DNA of 64,000 nucleotides from the human T2T-CHM13v2.0 reference genome, Homo sapiens. Both the position numbers and the translations under genes were made by a program. Location of the stretch: NCBI RefSeq assembly GCF_009914755.1, contig NC_060942.1; one strand, 5' to 3'. Shown in pieces: positions 1 to 19,491 of this stretch. The notes under the pieces are model-generated. The model was not told the DNA's origin. It made no database searches and saw only the letters and a program-made list of their open reading frames with translations. Numbering within the stretch: position 1 is the stretch's first letter; each line of letters begins with the position of its first letter.

Positions 1-70
1 CAATCATCTTTTTTTAGAAAAGTATTTTTTAAATCAAAACAGTAAGTCTATCATATAAAACTCATTAGAG

Positions 71-645
71 AGGCTGGGCACAGTGGCCAGTAATCCCAGC
101 ACTTTGGGAAGCCCAGGTGGCAGATCACCTGAGGTGAGGAGTTTGAGACCCCCCTGGCCACCATGGTCTCAAACTGTCTCTACTAAAACTACAAAAATTA
201 GCTAGGCATGGTGGCACCCACCTATAGGCCCAGCTACTTGGGAGGCATGAACCTGGGAGGCACAGGTTGCAGTGAGCCAAGATTGTGCCACTGCATTCCA
301 GTCTGGGCAACAGAGCGAGACTCCATTTCAAAATAAAAAACAAGGCCGGGTGCAGTGGCTCACGCCTGTAATTCCAACACTTTGGGAGGCCAAGGCGGGT
401 GGATCACAAGGTCAGGAGCTCAAGACGAGCCTGGTCAAGATGGTGAAACCCCGTCTCTACTAAAAATACAAAAAATTAGCCAGGCATGGTGGCAGGCACC
501 AGCAATCCCAGCTACTTGGGAGGCTGAGGCAGAGAACTTCTTGAACCTGGGAGGCGGAAGTTGCAGTGAGCCAAGATCGCGCCACTGCACTCCAGCCTGG
601 GCGACAAAGTCAGACTCAGTCTCAAAAAACAAACAAAAAAACAAA
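71..645 (+). mobile_element. Two tandem AluS elements
   Basis: Two complete Alu dimers with A-rich tails. Confidence 0.93.
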
Positions 646-943
646 ACCTCATAGAGAGCAACAAGTCATCGCATATCCTTCCAACCAGTGTTACTGAGTG
701 AGGAACATTACTTTGGTATTTCTCTCCAAGTATCTAAAAATAAAAGATGAAGAGTAAGTTTTATATTATATAACAACATAACAGTATTTGGTAAATTATT
801 CACCAACAAAGATACAAAATTCACATGGTTACAAAGCCCCAAAACCTGCTCAGAATAGATTAACCACAGAGGATGGAACATTCCCCAACTCAGCCCCTGC
901 TATCAACTGGGCAATGGGCCAAACGCCTGGCTCCCATCACAGA

Positions 944-1112
944 AGCAGTGTGAACCCAGGACCAGCAGCATAGTGCCACCCAGCAGCATGTTAGAAATGC
1001 AGATTCTCAGAACACAATCTAGATAAGAACCTCTGTGGGGATGGGGTCCCAGGACTCAAGTTTTAATAGCTTTCTAGACAATTTTTATGCACACTAAAAT
1101 TTGAAAACCACG
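944..1112. mobile_element. MER5A-like hAT-Charlie relic (a second fragment lies near 33290-33437)
   Basis: CCAGCAGCAT...TGTTAGAAATGCAGATTCTCAG...ATGCACACTAAAATTTGAAAACCAC. Confidence 0.7.
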
Positions 1113-2740
1113 ACTGACTCACCCTATCTCATTTAAGCATTAAGCCCTTCTCTACTGTCACAGAGAAGGTAAGCCATCTACTAGTCAAGAGTAGAACTGA
1201 TGTAAGGCTAAAGGCTGTGTGTGTGCAGCACTGCACAGTGATTAATACTGCTGCTCCATTCACAGCAAGACACTGAAAATCTGTTTCTGAAAGCTCAAAA
1301 CAAGAAGTCTTTAGTAAGCAGGTAATATACATTCGCTGTAAAAACTTGGGATATGCACATACAGAAAGCAAAGACATCCATAACCCCAACATTCAGACAC
1401 AAACAACATCAGCATTTCAGGCCTGTCCCTCAAGACTGTATAATGCCACCTTTACAATCTTGAAATACAATTTTGAAAAGAAATCAATATAAACCTTAAC
1501 TGTAATATAAAAGAGAAATACAAAGAAAGCACTTTATATACAATGGTATGAATTTCAACACATAAATGCTTGTGCATGCCAACACTGGAAAACAAGTTCC
1601 CGCCAATGTCAAAATCACCCGTAGGGACGGCACTGCCCCCAAGGACAACTGCTCAGCCGGAAACAGAACAGGGAACAAGGATTCCCTGTTAACCCTGTGC
1701 CTGACATGGGCCGCTGGGCTATTTCTCATTTTTTGCTACGTATAGACAATGTGTGAGAGGACGTCCTTGCAGAGACATCCCACACACATCCCTACTTTCT
1801 CCCTAGGCTTCCCTCCTAGAAGCAGAGGGATGGGTGTGTGTGTGCTTCCCACAGTGCTGGAACACACGTTGCCTACCGGCCTCATGAGAAAGTGCCAACT
1901 TAATTCCCAGCACTAAAGTCTGAGGATAAAGCACGGTTATTAATAGGCATTGCATCACTAGGTAGAGGGAATGGGAAATCAAGACAATTAAAATACCTTC
2001 CCAAACACAGGGCAACACCAGAGCCCTGTGACTTTACAGACATTCTGCTATTTGCTGACATGCAATTAAACAGAGAGATATGGTCACCATCACTTCTAGT
2101 TGTCCTTAAATGTTGCCCTGTCCAGGCGGGATGGCTAGAAAATGGTTAAACACAATTATCCTAAGGGAGCCTAGCAAGTCCTGGGAGCCTCAGCTTCACC
2201 TCTCTCCCCTCCCCTCCAGAATTCCCTCAATGCATTCAGCTTGCTCTGGGGTCTCTGGAAGTATATTCCAGACTGGTTGGAGAGGAACTACAAATTATTT
2301 TTAAAATAGGAAATCAAATGGAAATTAAAACAATATAATATCACAAAATGGTTGGGAGATGGTGGGGATGCTTTTAAACTAATTTGATAAAAGCTGTCTC
2401 AAAACATAGGCAATTGAGATTTTAATTTTTTTTCCTAATCAAATAACTACTTCTCAGTCTTGAAAAGTCACAGACTATTCTGGAATACTGAAAACTGGGA
2501 TTTCACTCACTGTCTTCTTAATGTAGTCAAAATGATTATCAGAAACAAAACAAAACAATGACCCAATCCCTATATCAATAATCCATACACAACATTCCCA
2601 TTTCCACTGATGTTAGTAAGATCACCCCTGCCACACTGCCCAGTTCTGATATATCTGGTGCGTATAACTCCTAGAGTATGAGGCAGGTTTTCCTTTCAGC
2701 TTTAAATCTGAAAAAGTTAATTTACAACTAATTCACATCA

Positions 2741-2833
<93 letters not shown>

Positions 2834-3770
2834 CTAGAATTTTAAAAATAAATTCACACATAAATTCACAGAAAATACTTGAGATACTCTTTTAAGCTCA
2901 TTTAAAATGCATATGATGTTTCAGCCATACAAGGAAAGAATAAAGAATCAGATAAAGATGCCCCCATGTTCCCCCCTATAATTCTGCAGAAGCTCCCAGG
3001 CACATCCCCTCCCAAAGGGGGCTATGCTCTCATTTAGGGGCTGCATTGCCCAAACCACATCCTTACACTTGCACTACACATGAAGGTAACCCTACACGAT
3101 ATGCACATTCCCTTCTGCCTGTTTTTAACTTTAAAAATGGTCTTGTTTTATATATAAGTATTCTTCTACAACTTTCTTTTTCCCTCCAACATTGCATTTG
3201 TGAGGTTTACGCAAGCTGACACTTCCGTGCTGCAGGGTACGCCATGCTATGACCACACCCAAGGTACTGATCCATCCTCCTGTTAACAGACAGCTAGGCT
3301 GTTACACATTTCTCACAAGCAATGCTGTTACGAACATTCCCATATCTACCTTTGTGGGCACATCTTAAAAAACTTCTCCAGGAAACACACCTGTAGATAG
3401 ACACACTAAGGCTGTGTTGCAGGGTATACATACCTTTGACTTTACTAGATATTGCCAAATTGCTCTCCAAAATGGCTCCCCAATTCACACTGCCATGAGC
3501 AAAACATTATTATTGCTCTATAGGACATAGCCTATCGCTCTATAGGACATACCAACATTTGGTAGTATAAGACTTCTTAATTTTTGTCACTCTATAAATA
3601 TAAAATAGTTTAAGCTTTTTTTTAAATTGAATCACCTAGTTATATAGGATCCTTTTTTTATTTGTTTTTAGACAGGATTTCACTCAGGCTGGAGTGCAGT
3701 GGTACAATCATAGCTCACTGCAGCCTCAACTTCTCTGGGCACAAGAGATCCTCCCACCTCAGCTTCCTGA

Positions 3771-3950
<180 letters not shown>

Positions 3951-4816
3951 TAGGATTCTTAGTAACACTGTTAAAACACCACATCCCAAGGACTGTAACT
4001 GGTTTAGGAGCATGAGCGCTCTGGGATGTGCTTATTTCTAACTGCTTGCTTTGTCAGCAAGTCTGGAAGGCAAGAATGACAAACAAAAAGCAAAGGAGCC
4101 CCAGAGCAATCCCAGAGGGGCTGGAATCGGGGAGCAACTGTTCTTAAAGGCAGTCTCTGTCAGAGAGGAATGACTGGCACTGCTCCACCCCACAGACACC
4201 CGCTGGGGAGACAGCAGACTAATGCCAAAGAGCCAGAGGGTCAGGAGGAGCTGCAGCTATGGAGAAGCCACCTCGAGGACCTGCCATCCCAATCAGAAGG
4301 ACGGCTGCAGCCCAGTCCACACGCAATGACCACTGCTTCTGAGCAGCTTCTGAGTGGGAGTCCCCACTACATCTGAGAATTACACATATAAGATCCTCAC
4401 TTTCATAAGATAAACATGTTTCAAAAATCCAACTAGATAAAAGGACTCTGGAAGATGGTGGCATAAGGAAGCACCAGGAACCCATCTCCCTATGCACAGG
4501 ACAATGGTACAGGCAGGATCTGTCCGATGTAAGCATTTTGGAATTCTGGAGTCCACTGAAGGTTTCCAACTTCCAGGGGAAACATAAACTGAAGTTAATC
4601 TCAGTCAACTTCAGCTCTTAGCACAGTAGCAGCTGCTCATTTGAGTAGATAACCATTTCTTACATCCTTACCTTCCTGCACAACCTTCAGAACGAATTCA
4701 AATTCTTTACACTACCTCAGTAAGTATTCATGTCGTCTTACTTTATCCATTTCATGGATGAAAACCCAAGTATTAAGAGGTTAAGGGGTTTCCCCAAGGC
4801 TACACAGCAGGCCTAA

Positions 4817-5152
<336 letters not shown>

Positions 5153-5327
5153 ACTGCATCAATTCTAAGACACACATTTTTCATATTTTAACATCAGAAA
5201 TGGAGATCCATTTTACAATTGATGGCATGTCATAATTTCATCAGCATCTTATTAGATTTGTCTTAGCAACTTATAAAATACCATGTGTCTTACAATCAAT
5301 AGCATCTTAAATATGCTGAAATATGGT
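5153..5327. mobile_element. MER104-like TcMar-Tc2 DNA transposon relic
   Basis: CATCAATTCTAAGACACACATTTT start, twice-repeated TTACAAT(C/T)(G/A)AT(G/A)GCAT, and a TGAAATATGG end. Confidence 0.65.
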
Positions 5328-5539
5328 CTTACTTATTTCCCATTGGTTGTGGTGAATATAGTCACACATGGGCAAGCCCAGCAGACAGTAACAAAGGCTG
5401 CTCCGCAGACAGAGAAATGGCAGGGACCACGCACCCACTTGGCCCTCCCTTAGAGCCCCATCTGCTCTGACAACACACGCTGATTAGCTGCCACGCCCAC
5501 AGGTGACTAAATGTAGTAAAGACCCACAGAGGGCCCAAA

Positions 5540-5638
5540 GAGGCTGGCACACAACAGCACAAAGCAGGGGCAGACGCTGGCACATGATAGCACAGAGCAG
5601 GGGCAGAGGCTGGCACACGACAGCACAGAGCAGGGGCA
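5540..5638. repeat. 33-bp minisatellite, 3 copies
   Basis: GA(G/C)GCTGGCACAYRAYAGCACARAGCAGGGGCA starting at 5540, 5573 and 5606. Confidence 0.9.
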
Positions 5639-5872
5639 GCTGAGGGCACGTGAGAAAAGGGCGCAAGCAGAGGACTGCCAAGACCATGGTCAGAAGCAGT
5701 GGTTCCAAAACCCAGTTCTGGGAGGTAGTGAAATAAAAGAATTTGTGGGTAAATTTGAGGACACCAGGTCAAAACACGGGTTCTCTAGTTGCAGTACTTC
5801 TCAGCATTAGAAAAATCTGAGTGAAAATAACAATTTTACAATGGACGAGCCAGGTTAACCTGCTGACTGTCA

Positions 5873-6178
<306 letters not shown>

Positions 6179-6249
6179 CTACACTAATGCCTCCCAACCT
6201 TCTCTGGGCCACCATCATAACCTCAAAATTCACACAATGTATAGCATCA

Positions 6250-6363
<114 letters not shown>

Positions 6364-6814
6364 TCATAAACAAAGAGCACACACAGAAGCACGGCAAGGT
6401 TTTAGCTCTCTCAGCAATGTCTTCATGTATACGGTTTAATAAAAGACTCATTGCAGAATACACTGTGGCAACTGATCAGTTACTAAGTGAAGCACTATGA
6501 GAAAGAATACAAATACAAAGCTTACCAATCAGGGAGGCTCCCAAGGGCTATACTTGCATCATCTCATGAAATATGCACAATAACCCAATAACCCAAGAAA
6601 TTATAGGACTGTTATACCCTTCACAGAGGGAGAAAGTATAGCTTAAGTAACTTGTTGGATGGGTGGCAGTGTTAGGGGACAGTGAATAAGTCACAGAGTT
6701 GGGATGCAAATTCCTCAGTCCCCACTCAAAGTTTAAAGTGTGTTCTGGCCACGCACGGTGGCTCATGCCTGTAATACCAGAATTTCGGGGGGCCAAAGCA
6801 GGAGAATCCCTTGA

Positions 6815-7326
<512 letters not shown>

Positions 7327-7548
7327 TTATCTCAAAAACAACAGCAACAACAAAACAAAACAAAAGTAAGTACTCCCTTTCCCACTCCCACAAAGTATAC
7401 ATTGTTAACACTTTCTTGTGCAGGAAAGCCCATGGTTTTGACAAATGGCTAAAAAAACACACCCACAGTTGGTATTCAGCTGGCATCTTTGCTTTGTAGG
7501 GAAATGTATGTAAGGAAAACTGTAAATCAGTCCTTGTTGTTGTTTTAG

Positions 7549-7890
<342 letters not shown>

Positions 7891-8391
7891 TAATGTCTTC
7901 AGTGACCATGAAGCAACCCCTCTAGTGTAGCAGGATGGGAGGCTACAGGCACCCGGTCATCCTCAGTGGCTATGTAACATGTGGCTTCATGACACATTCA
8001 CTCCGCTATGCTGCATACGAGGGGCTTCTGCACCTCTGTCTCGAGTGGAGTCTGAGACAGGTATGATATGCACAAGCCTCAGCCCCCAGAATGAGGCCCA
8101 GGACTGAAAAACACGCAGTAAGCACACCACTAAAGCTGTGCAACACTCCAAACCACTCAGGGAGAAAGGAATGTCCACACAAAAGCAACCCAAAAGCTTG
8201 CATGGGTTATCATTACTCGGCCCCCACACCAAGACTCAAAGACCACCTAGCATGCACTGGGAGAACTGTAGGTACTGCTCCAATCTAGAGCCCCGGGGCT
8301 GTCACCAGCCCACACCAGTGCTTCTCCCTCCCCATGTCCCCTGGCTCTTACTCCTTTGCATTCTTTGGGCATATATTTGTCTGTCCAACTA

Positions 8392-8541
<150 letters not shown>

Positions 8542-8911
8542 TTAAAAATTAGCTAGGCATGGTGGCGCATGCCTATAATCCCAGCTACTGTGGAGGCTGA
8601 GGCAGGAGAATCACCTGAACCCAAGAGGCAGAGGTTGCAGTGAGATCGTGCCACTGCACTCCAGCCTGGGCGACAGAGACCCCTCCTCAAAAAAAAAAAA
8701 AAAGAAACTGAATTACAGTTTTCTTTACATTTCCCTAAAAAAGCAAGGATGGGCCGGGCATGGTGGCTCACGCCTGTAATCCCAGCACTTTGGGAGGCCG
8801 AGGCAGGCGGATCACAAGGTCAGGAGATGGAGACCATCCTGGCTAACACAGCGAAACCCCGTCTCTACTAAAAATACAAAAAAAAAAAAATTAGCCAGGC
8901 GTGCGCCTTTA

Positions 8912-9064
<153 letters not shown>

Positions 9065-9817
9065 TCAGTCAAAATGGGCACAGGAGGCCCACTCAGTCCC
9101 CCAGCCACCGTGCTCTAAAAAAGTCTCTCCGAATCCCTAAGGTGAGGTAATGCTCTGAGGAGCAATTTTTAAAACACTGCCCTAAACACAATATGTATCA
9201 AATAAATTGCATGTATTAGATTTCTACGATTTTTCTCAATGTTTTAAATTATGTGCCAGATATCTACCAAATATGCTTAGTTTGACCAGACAATACCTCT
9301 AAGGTAGCCTTAAATTACTTCAATTTGCAAAATGACAGAAAAATATCAACAGAAAATTAAGGTGAAATGTAACATAAGGTCTCTAGAATTTTATATGTAC
9401 TTGCAACCTACAGCTTCACAACTGACTTACTATAACTTTCTTTTTTTTTTTTTTTTCTTTTTTTTTTGAGACAGGGTCTCTCTGTTGCCCAGGCTGGAGT
9501 GCAGTGGCACAATCACAGCTCCCTGCTGGGCTCAGGTGATTCTCCCACCTCAGCCTCCCAGGTAGCTGGGACTACAGGTGTGCACCACCATGTCTAACTA
9601 ATTTTTTGTATTTTTAGTAGGGACAGAGTTTCACCACATTGCCCAGGCTGGTCTCAACCTCCTGGGCTCAAGTGATCCACCCGCCTAGGCCTCCCAAAAG
9701 GCTGGGATTACAGGCGTGAGACACTGTGCCCGGCCTGATAACTCTTTTCTTTGTTCAGTGGAAACTACCACCATTATACATGAGGGGAAAACACAAAATT
9801 CAAATATAATATTGTCA

Positions 9818-9988
<171 letters not shown>

Positions 9989-9991
9989 TCA

Positions 9992-10283
<292 letters not shown>

Positions 10284-10440
10284 TCAGTCTCCAAAAAAAA
10301 AAAAAAAAGCACAAGCTAAAAGCATAACATTTCTTGTGTACAAGTACATCAAAGTCTAAATAATATAGTTCACAACCCAGAAGTGTTAAAGGAAAAAGCC
10401 TCCTTTTTGCATATCAATTTCATTATCTACAAATGTGTTA

Positions 10441-10698
<258 letters not shown>

Positions 10699-11063
10699 TT
10701 ATATCAAGATAAAAAACTTAAAAGAGCTTCATTTCCTGGTCATAAAGTAGATGAAAGGTCTCTCTCTTCCACAGGTGGTTATGAAGTAACACAGAATGAC
10801 TCCCTTAGTGAGGACTAGGATTACCTAGCACTAGGCCACTGATTCCAGCAAAAGAACCAGGAGACACACATTATTATCCAGAAAACAAGAATATTTCAAA
10901 ATCAGACATAATGTAGAATTGCAATCCAATTATAATTATGTGACAACACATTCACTTTGATGATGTTTGTTTAATTTGTAGCATTCAAAAGACAAACCCT
11001 GGCCAGGCGCAGTGGCTCACACCTGTAATCCCAGTACATTGGGAGGCCGAGGTGGGTGCATCA

Positions 11064-12035
<972 letters not shown>

Positions 12036-12522
12036 CAAATAAAACAGAATGAGATGATTTAACTTCAAATAAATACAGAATTCCACACAGCAAAACAGGA
12101 CAGGAACACCAACACTGTTTTTGTCTGAGTGCAATACTGGCCTGGGAGACTTTGGAGCTTATGTTGTGTTACACCCTGCCCAACCACAGGAACACTTGGC
12201 CTATGAAATAACCACTGATAACAGATAAGAATGCAACATAAGAGTTTTTTTCCAGTGCCAAATCCATTAAGGGTGTAGATTAAAATGAAATGTTATTCAA
12301 GCTAGACAAGTCAACAACTCCAGGCCAGGTGCTGTCAAGCAGTGGGGTGTCCGAAGGGGAATCAGAACCAGTTCCCACCCCTAAGAAGCACAGAAACATA
12401 GGGAAGAAAATCATGGGACAAATCAGTTACACTATGGCATAACAATGTAACCAAACAAAAGCTCTGAGTACAGGGAACAGGAGTGGTGCAGAGGTAATAT
12501 GAAGGGGTCTTTATATTGCCAC

Positions 12523-12968
12523 GTCTTAGTCTTAGTCCTTTCTGTTCCGCTATAACAGAGTGCCTGAAGCTGGGTAATTTACAAAGAAAGGTTTATTTAG
12601 CTCACAGTTCTGCAAGAGGGGAAGTATGAGAAACAGGGTGCTGGGCTTATGGTGAGGGTCACATGCTAGGTCAAATTATGGCAGGAGAAGGTGCTACATC
12701 AAAACACGGTGGGAGAAGGTCAATGGCAAAGCAGCCACATACCATGAGGGAGGAACTTCTACTTTATAACAACCTAAGGTCTCTGAAATTAAGCCAGTCC
12801 CAATACAGCTCACAGAACTCACTACCTCTAGAATGGCACCAAGACACTCATGAGAGCTCCACCCCCATGGCCCAAACACCTCCCACTGGGCCCCACCTCT
12901 CAATACCACCACGATGGGGAACAAATTTCAACATGAGTTTTGGTGAGGCCAAACTCAAACCATAGTAC
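12523..12968 (-). mobile_element. ERVL-MaLR solo LTR (MST family) in AFG3L2 intron 1
   Basis: CTGGGTAATTTACAAAGAAAGGTTTATTTAGCTCACAGTTCTG and the ...CAACATGAGTTTTGG...CAAACCATAGTA terminus are characteristic of MST/THE1 LTRs. Confidence 0.8.
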
Positions 12969-13755
12969 CATATAAAGCAAGTCTTTATATCACCATAAAG
13001 TTTAGTACAGAACAGGGCACTGTATGCGCTCCATAAATATTGACAGAAAAGCCCTTTTTAGGCTCTATTTTCAAATTGTGTTGACATGGAATATCCCTAG
13101 CAATAATCCGTGACTGAATTTAACACTGAGGTTGTGTTCTATGAAGAAATCATCAATGAAACTTCTTCTCCTCTGCATATGTAATCCAAGATCTGCATGT
13201 CTAGCATTCAAAGAATAATGTAAGAGATACTAATTCACAAAATTTAAGTTGAGAGCACCGCATTTTGGAGAATTAGCCTTTATGTTTGACAACAGGAGCA
13301 CTTTTCAGTTGCTTTATCATCAGTCTTATTCCTCTGGGCATCACACCTGAGAACTCATCTCTCAACACATCAGAATCTCTTCCTCACCGTGAAAGCAGTA
13401 CTTCTGTCTCTGATCTTTAAGGGTAGCAGGAACATAAAGGAAAACCTGTCCTATCAGACTCCCTCACAGCACAGTAATGCCCAGGTGTCACTAGGCAAAT
13501 CTTCAGAGAGTACCAAAGAGTATGTATCAGGACCGCGAACCCCCACACCCTCCGCAAATCAATCAGCTACAGCTGTCAGCACAGAGGACTTCCTTATACA
13601 TCAGCATCTGAGTGATACAGGGACAATAGTGTCACTCAAAAGGAAAGCCTTTGGGTAACACTTCTGACATAAAACTGCAAACTCACAATGCAGATCCCCA
13701 CCTGGAACTGTATGTCTGAATCCAATATTCATGAGCAGCAAAAGAAAAGCAGTCA

Positions 13756-15097
<1,342 letters not shown>

Positions 15098-15741
15098 CTA
15101 GCCTATCTCCCCTTACAGTGAAGACGTTGAGCTGACTACAAGGGCGCTGGGATAGCAGGAGGCCAAGCCAGGTTCCCGTGGCCGACCCGGGGACCTCAAC
15201 CACCACCCGTACACCAGTGCAAGGCTGAGGAACCGTGTCACTTAAACAGTGAGAGCGACTATTCGACACGTGAACCTTTCATTGAGACTGATCACGGCCA
15301 TGGTTCTGTCAACACTCTATCATTATGTCAGAAACACGTATCAGGTCCCGTGTGTGTATCTAGAGGGATGGCTACCAACAGAGAAAGAGCCTCCTGCTGA
15401 GAGCAGGCCCTGATATGCAACGAACACAGAGTCCCTGCTATGAAAAGGTGACATTCTTAGTAATAATAGCTAATACTGCCAGTCCTGGAATGCCCGCAAT
15501 GGCCCCATTCAACAGACGGGAACACGGAGACTCGGAGAGGTTAGGCAGCCCGACTCCAAAACCCGTCCTTGCGACTACATCGTGCTCGTGCTGCTGACTC
15601 AAAATTACAGACGCCTTCGTTCCGTGCTCCGGGGACACGAAAGCGGGGACAAGGACGGCCACCAAGCCAACATGACCTTCGAGGCTTCAACCGCCCCGGT
15701 GAAGCGCGAAAACCCGGCTCTACTGAAGCTGCGCGTTTTCA

Positions 15742-16182
<441 letters not shown>

Positions 16183-17549
16183 TCACGGAGGAGCCCAAGC
16201 TCTCAACGCGGCGTCTCCTGCCGCCAGCCCCGCCCCGGCGCGCTGACGTCGGCGTCTCCTCTCCGAGGCCCGCCGCGACCTCCGCCAGTGCAGAAGACAG
16301 GACCAAATGGGAGGAGCATGGGGGCGGGACCGGAGGCGGGGGCCGACGGAGCAGCGTTGGGGGCGCGGCAGGAGGCGGGGCCGAGAAGGACCCTGGAGGG
16401 CAAGGGGGAGCTAGAGGCGGGGACCGGGCCGAGGGAGGACTCGGGAGGGCGAGCGAGAGCTGGGGGCGGGGCTGATGGCGCACGTGGGGGGCGTGGCTGG
16501 AGGTGGGGCCGAGGAAGGACTAGGAGAGCGAGCAGGAGCTGGAGGCGGGGCCGACGGAGGGGTGTGGGGGGCGTGGCTGGAGGCGGGGACTAAGGGGAGA
16601 CGCGTGACTGGGATCCTGGGCTTCCGAGCCTGGGCAGCCGGGTGGGCCAGCCAGTAGGAGCGAGGGGGAAGTAGCGAAGGCCCCAGCGGCGGCAGATGGA
16701 AGGACCCTCCGAGCGCCAGCTGAGTCATGGGGTGGTGCTAGGCTCTGGAGACACCGAAGCACACATTCCTGACCCCTGGGAGGGCGATGCGAAGATTCAC
16801 AAGCAGCAGGGAATGTTGGGGCTGTGCCGTGCAGCCTGCGCTCTAGGAACCCTGTCGGGGAACTGGTTCTCGGAGAGCAAGTCGAGTCTTCCAGGTAGTG
16901 GAAACTACACATTGTTTCCTGTACCGTGACAGCGGAGGAAAAAGGAGAGGTCTTTGAACTGAGGTGGGGGACTTGGGGGTTTTTCTGAGACGGGCTCTCG
17001 CTCTGTCGCCCAGGCTGGCGACGCTGGACCTCAGGCAAAGGACAGTAATCCTTGAGAGACAGGAGACAAAACCAGGTGAGTCCTGTGATTACCCCAGTGG
17101 CAGTAAAACAATAACAAAAAGATATACCAGATACACCATCATACCATGCTCACACAAAAGAAAACTGAGTAGACAAATAGATTTTAGGGCAAGGAAATTC
17201 CAAAGAAAATTAATTGCAGGGAAAAGAATATCACTAAGGATGAAGAGGATCGGGTTTCTTTTCCAGAGACAGGGTCTCAGTCTGTCACTTAGGCTGGAAT
17301 GCCATGGTGCAATCGTAGCTCACTGCAGCCTCTAACTCCTGGGCTCAAGGGATCCTCCTGCCTCAGCCTCCCAAGTAGCTGGGACCACACACGCTCGACC
17401 ACACTCGACTTTTTTTATTTTGTGTAGAGTTGAAGTCTCACTTTGTTGCCCAGGCTAGTCTCAAACTCCTGGCTTTAAGCAATCCTCCTGACTCAGCCTC
17501 CCAAAGTGCTGGGATTACAGATGTGAGCCACCCACATCTGGCCAAGAGA

Positions 17550-17587
<38 letters not shown>
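17550..17587. repeat. (ATT)n microsatellite
   Basis: About 12 perfect trinucleotide units. Confidence 0.95.
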
Positions 17588-17588
<1 letters not shown>

Positions 17589-19260
17589 AAGGGGTCAGTT
17601 CATCAGTAGGACATAACAACCCTAAACATCTTTGTTCCCATTAACAGAAGCTTAAAATACATGGAGCAAAGACTGACAGAACCACAACTTCCAATTATAT
17701 TTGGAGATTTCAAATCCTTCTTTTGATAATTGACAGAACAATTAGACAGGAAAATAGTAAGTATATAGAAGACTTAAACACAACCAACTAAATCAAATAG
17801 ACATTTATAGAAAACTACTCATAACAACAGAATACACATTATTTTCAAGTTTTCACAGAGCACTTATCAAAATAAACCATATTGTAGGCCATAAAAATAT
17901 TAAGAGGAGTCAAGTCATATAAAACATATTTTCTATCCACAATGAAATTAAATTAGAAATCAGTATCAGAAATAGGCTGAGGTGAGAGGATCACTTGAGC
18001 CCAAGAGTTCCAGACAAGCCTGGGCAAAACAAAGACCTCGGCTTCAAAAAAGAAAAAACTAGACAGAAAATGAAGTAAAACCAAAGAACAGAAAGAAGAT
18101 AAAAGTAAAAATCAATAAAATTAAAAACTAAAAGACATAGAGAAATGAATGAAATCAAAGTGTGTTCTTTGAGAAGATCAATAGTCAGAGCAATCAGGAA
18201 AAAAGAAAATGACACAAATTGGCCCAGCACGGTGGCTCATGCCTGTAATCCCAACACTTTGGGAGGCCAAGGCAGGCAGATCACCTGAGGTCAGGAGTTT
18301 GAGACCAGCAAGCAGGCCAAAAAAAGAAAGAAAAAGAAACAAGGAAGGAAAGAGAGTGAGAGAAAGAAAGGAGAGAGAGAGAGAGAAAGAAAGAGAAAGA
18401 AAGTAAGAGAGAGAGAGGCCGGGCAAGGTGGCTCACGCCTGTAATCCCAGCACTTTGGGAGGCTGAGGTGGGCGGATCACGAGTTCAGGAGTTCAATACC
18501 AGCCTGGCCAATATGGTGAAACCCCGTCTCTACTAAAAATACAAAAATTAGCTGGGTGTGGTGGCGTGCGCCTGTAGTCCCAGGTACTCAGGAGGCTGAG
18601 GCAGAAGCAGAAGAATCGCTTGAACCCAGGAGGCGGAGGTTGCAGTGAGCCAAGATTGTGTCACTGCACTCCAGCCTGGGTGACAGAGCGAGATTCCATC
18701 TCAAAAAAAAAAAAAAAAAGGAACAAAGAAACCCCATCTCTACTAAAAAAAAAAAAAATACAAAAATTAGCCGGGCATGGTGGCAAGCACCTGTAGTCCC
18801 AGCTATTCGGGAGGCTGAGATAGGAGAATAACTTGAACCTGGGAGTCAGAGATTGCAGTGAGCCAAGATCGCGCCACTGCACTCTAGCCTGGAATGCGAG
18901 ACTCCATCTCAAAAAAAAAAAAAAAAGACACAAATTACCAATACCAAGAATGAGAAAGTTGACATGACTTCACATTCTACATATATTAAAATGAAAATAG
19001 AATATACGCCAATGAATTTGAACAATGAACTATACAAATTCCTTGTGAAATACAAGTTACCAAAGCTCACTTTTAAGACAACACAAAAAGTCCTACATCT
19101 ATTAAATAAATTGAATTTGTAGTTAAAAACGTTTCCATGGGTTGGGCGTGGTGGCTCACGCCTGTAATCCCAGTGCTTTGGGAGGCCAAGGCAGGCTGAT
19201 CACCAGAGGTCAGGAGTTCAAGACCAGCCTGACCAACATGGAGAAAACCCGTCTCTACTA

Positions 19261-19491
<231 letters not shown>

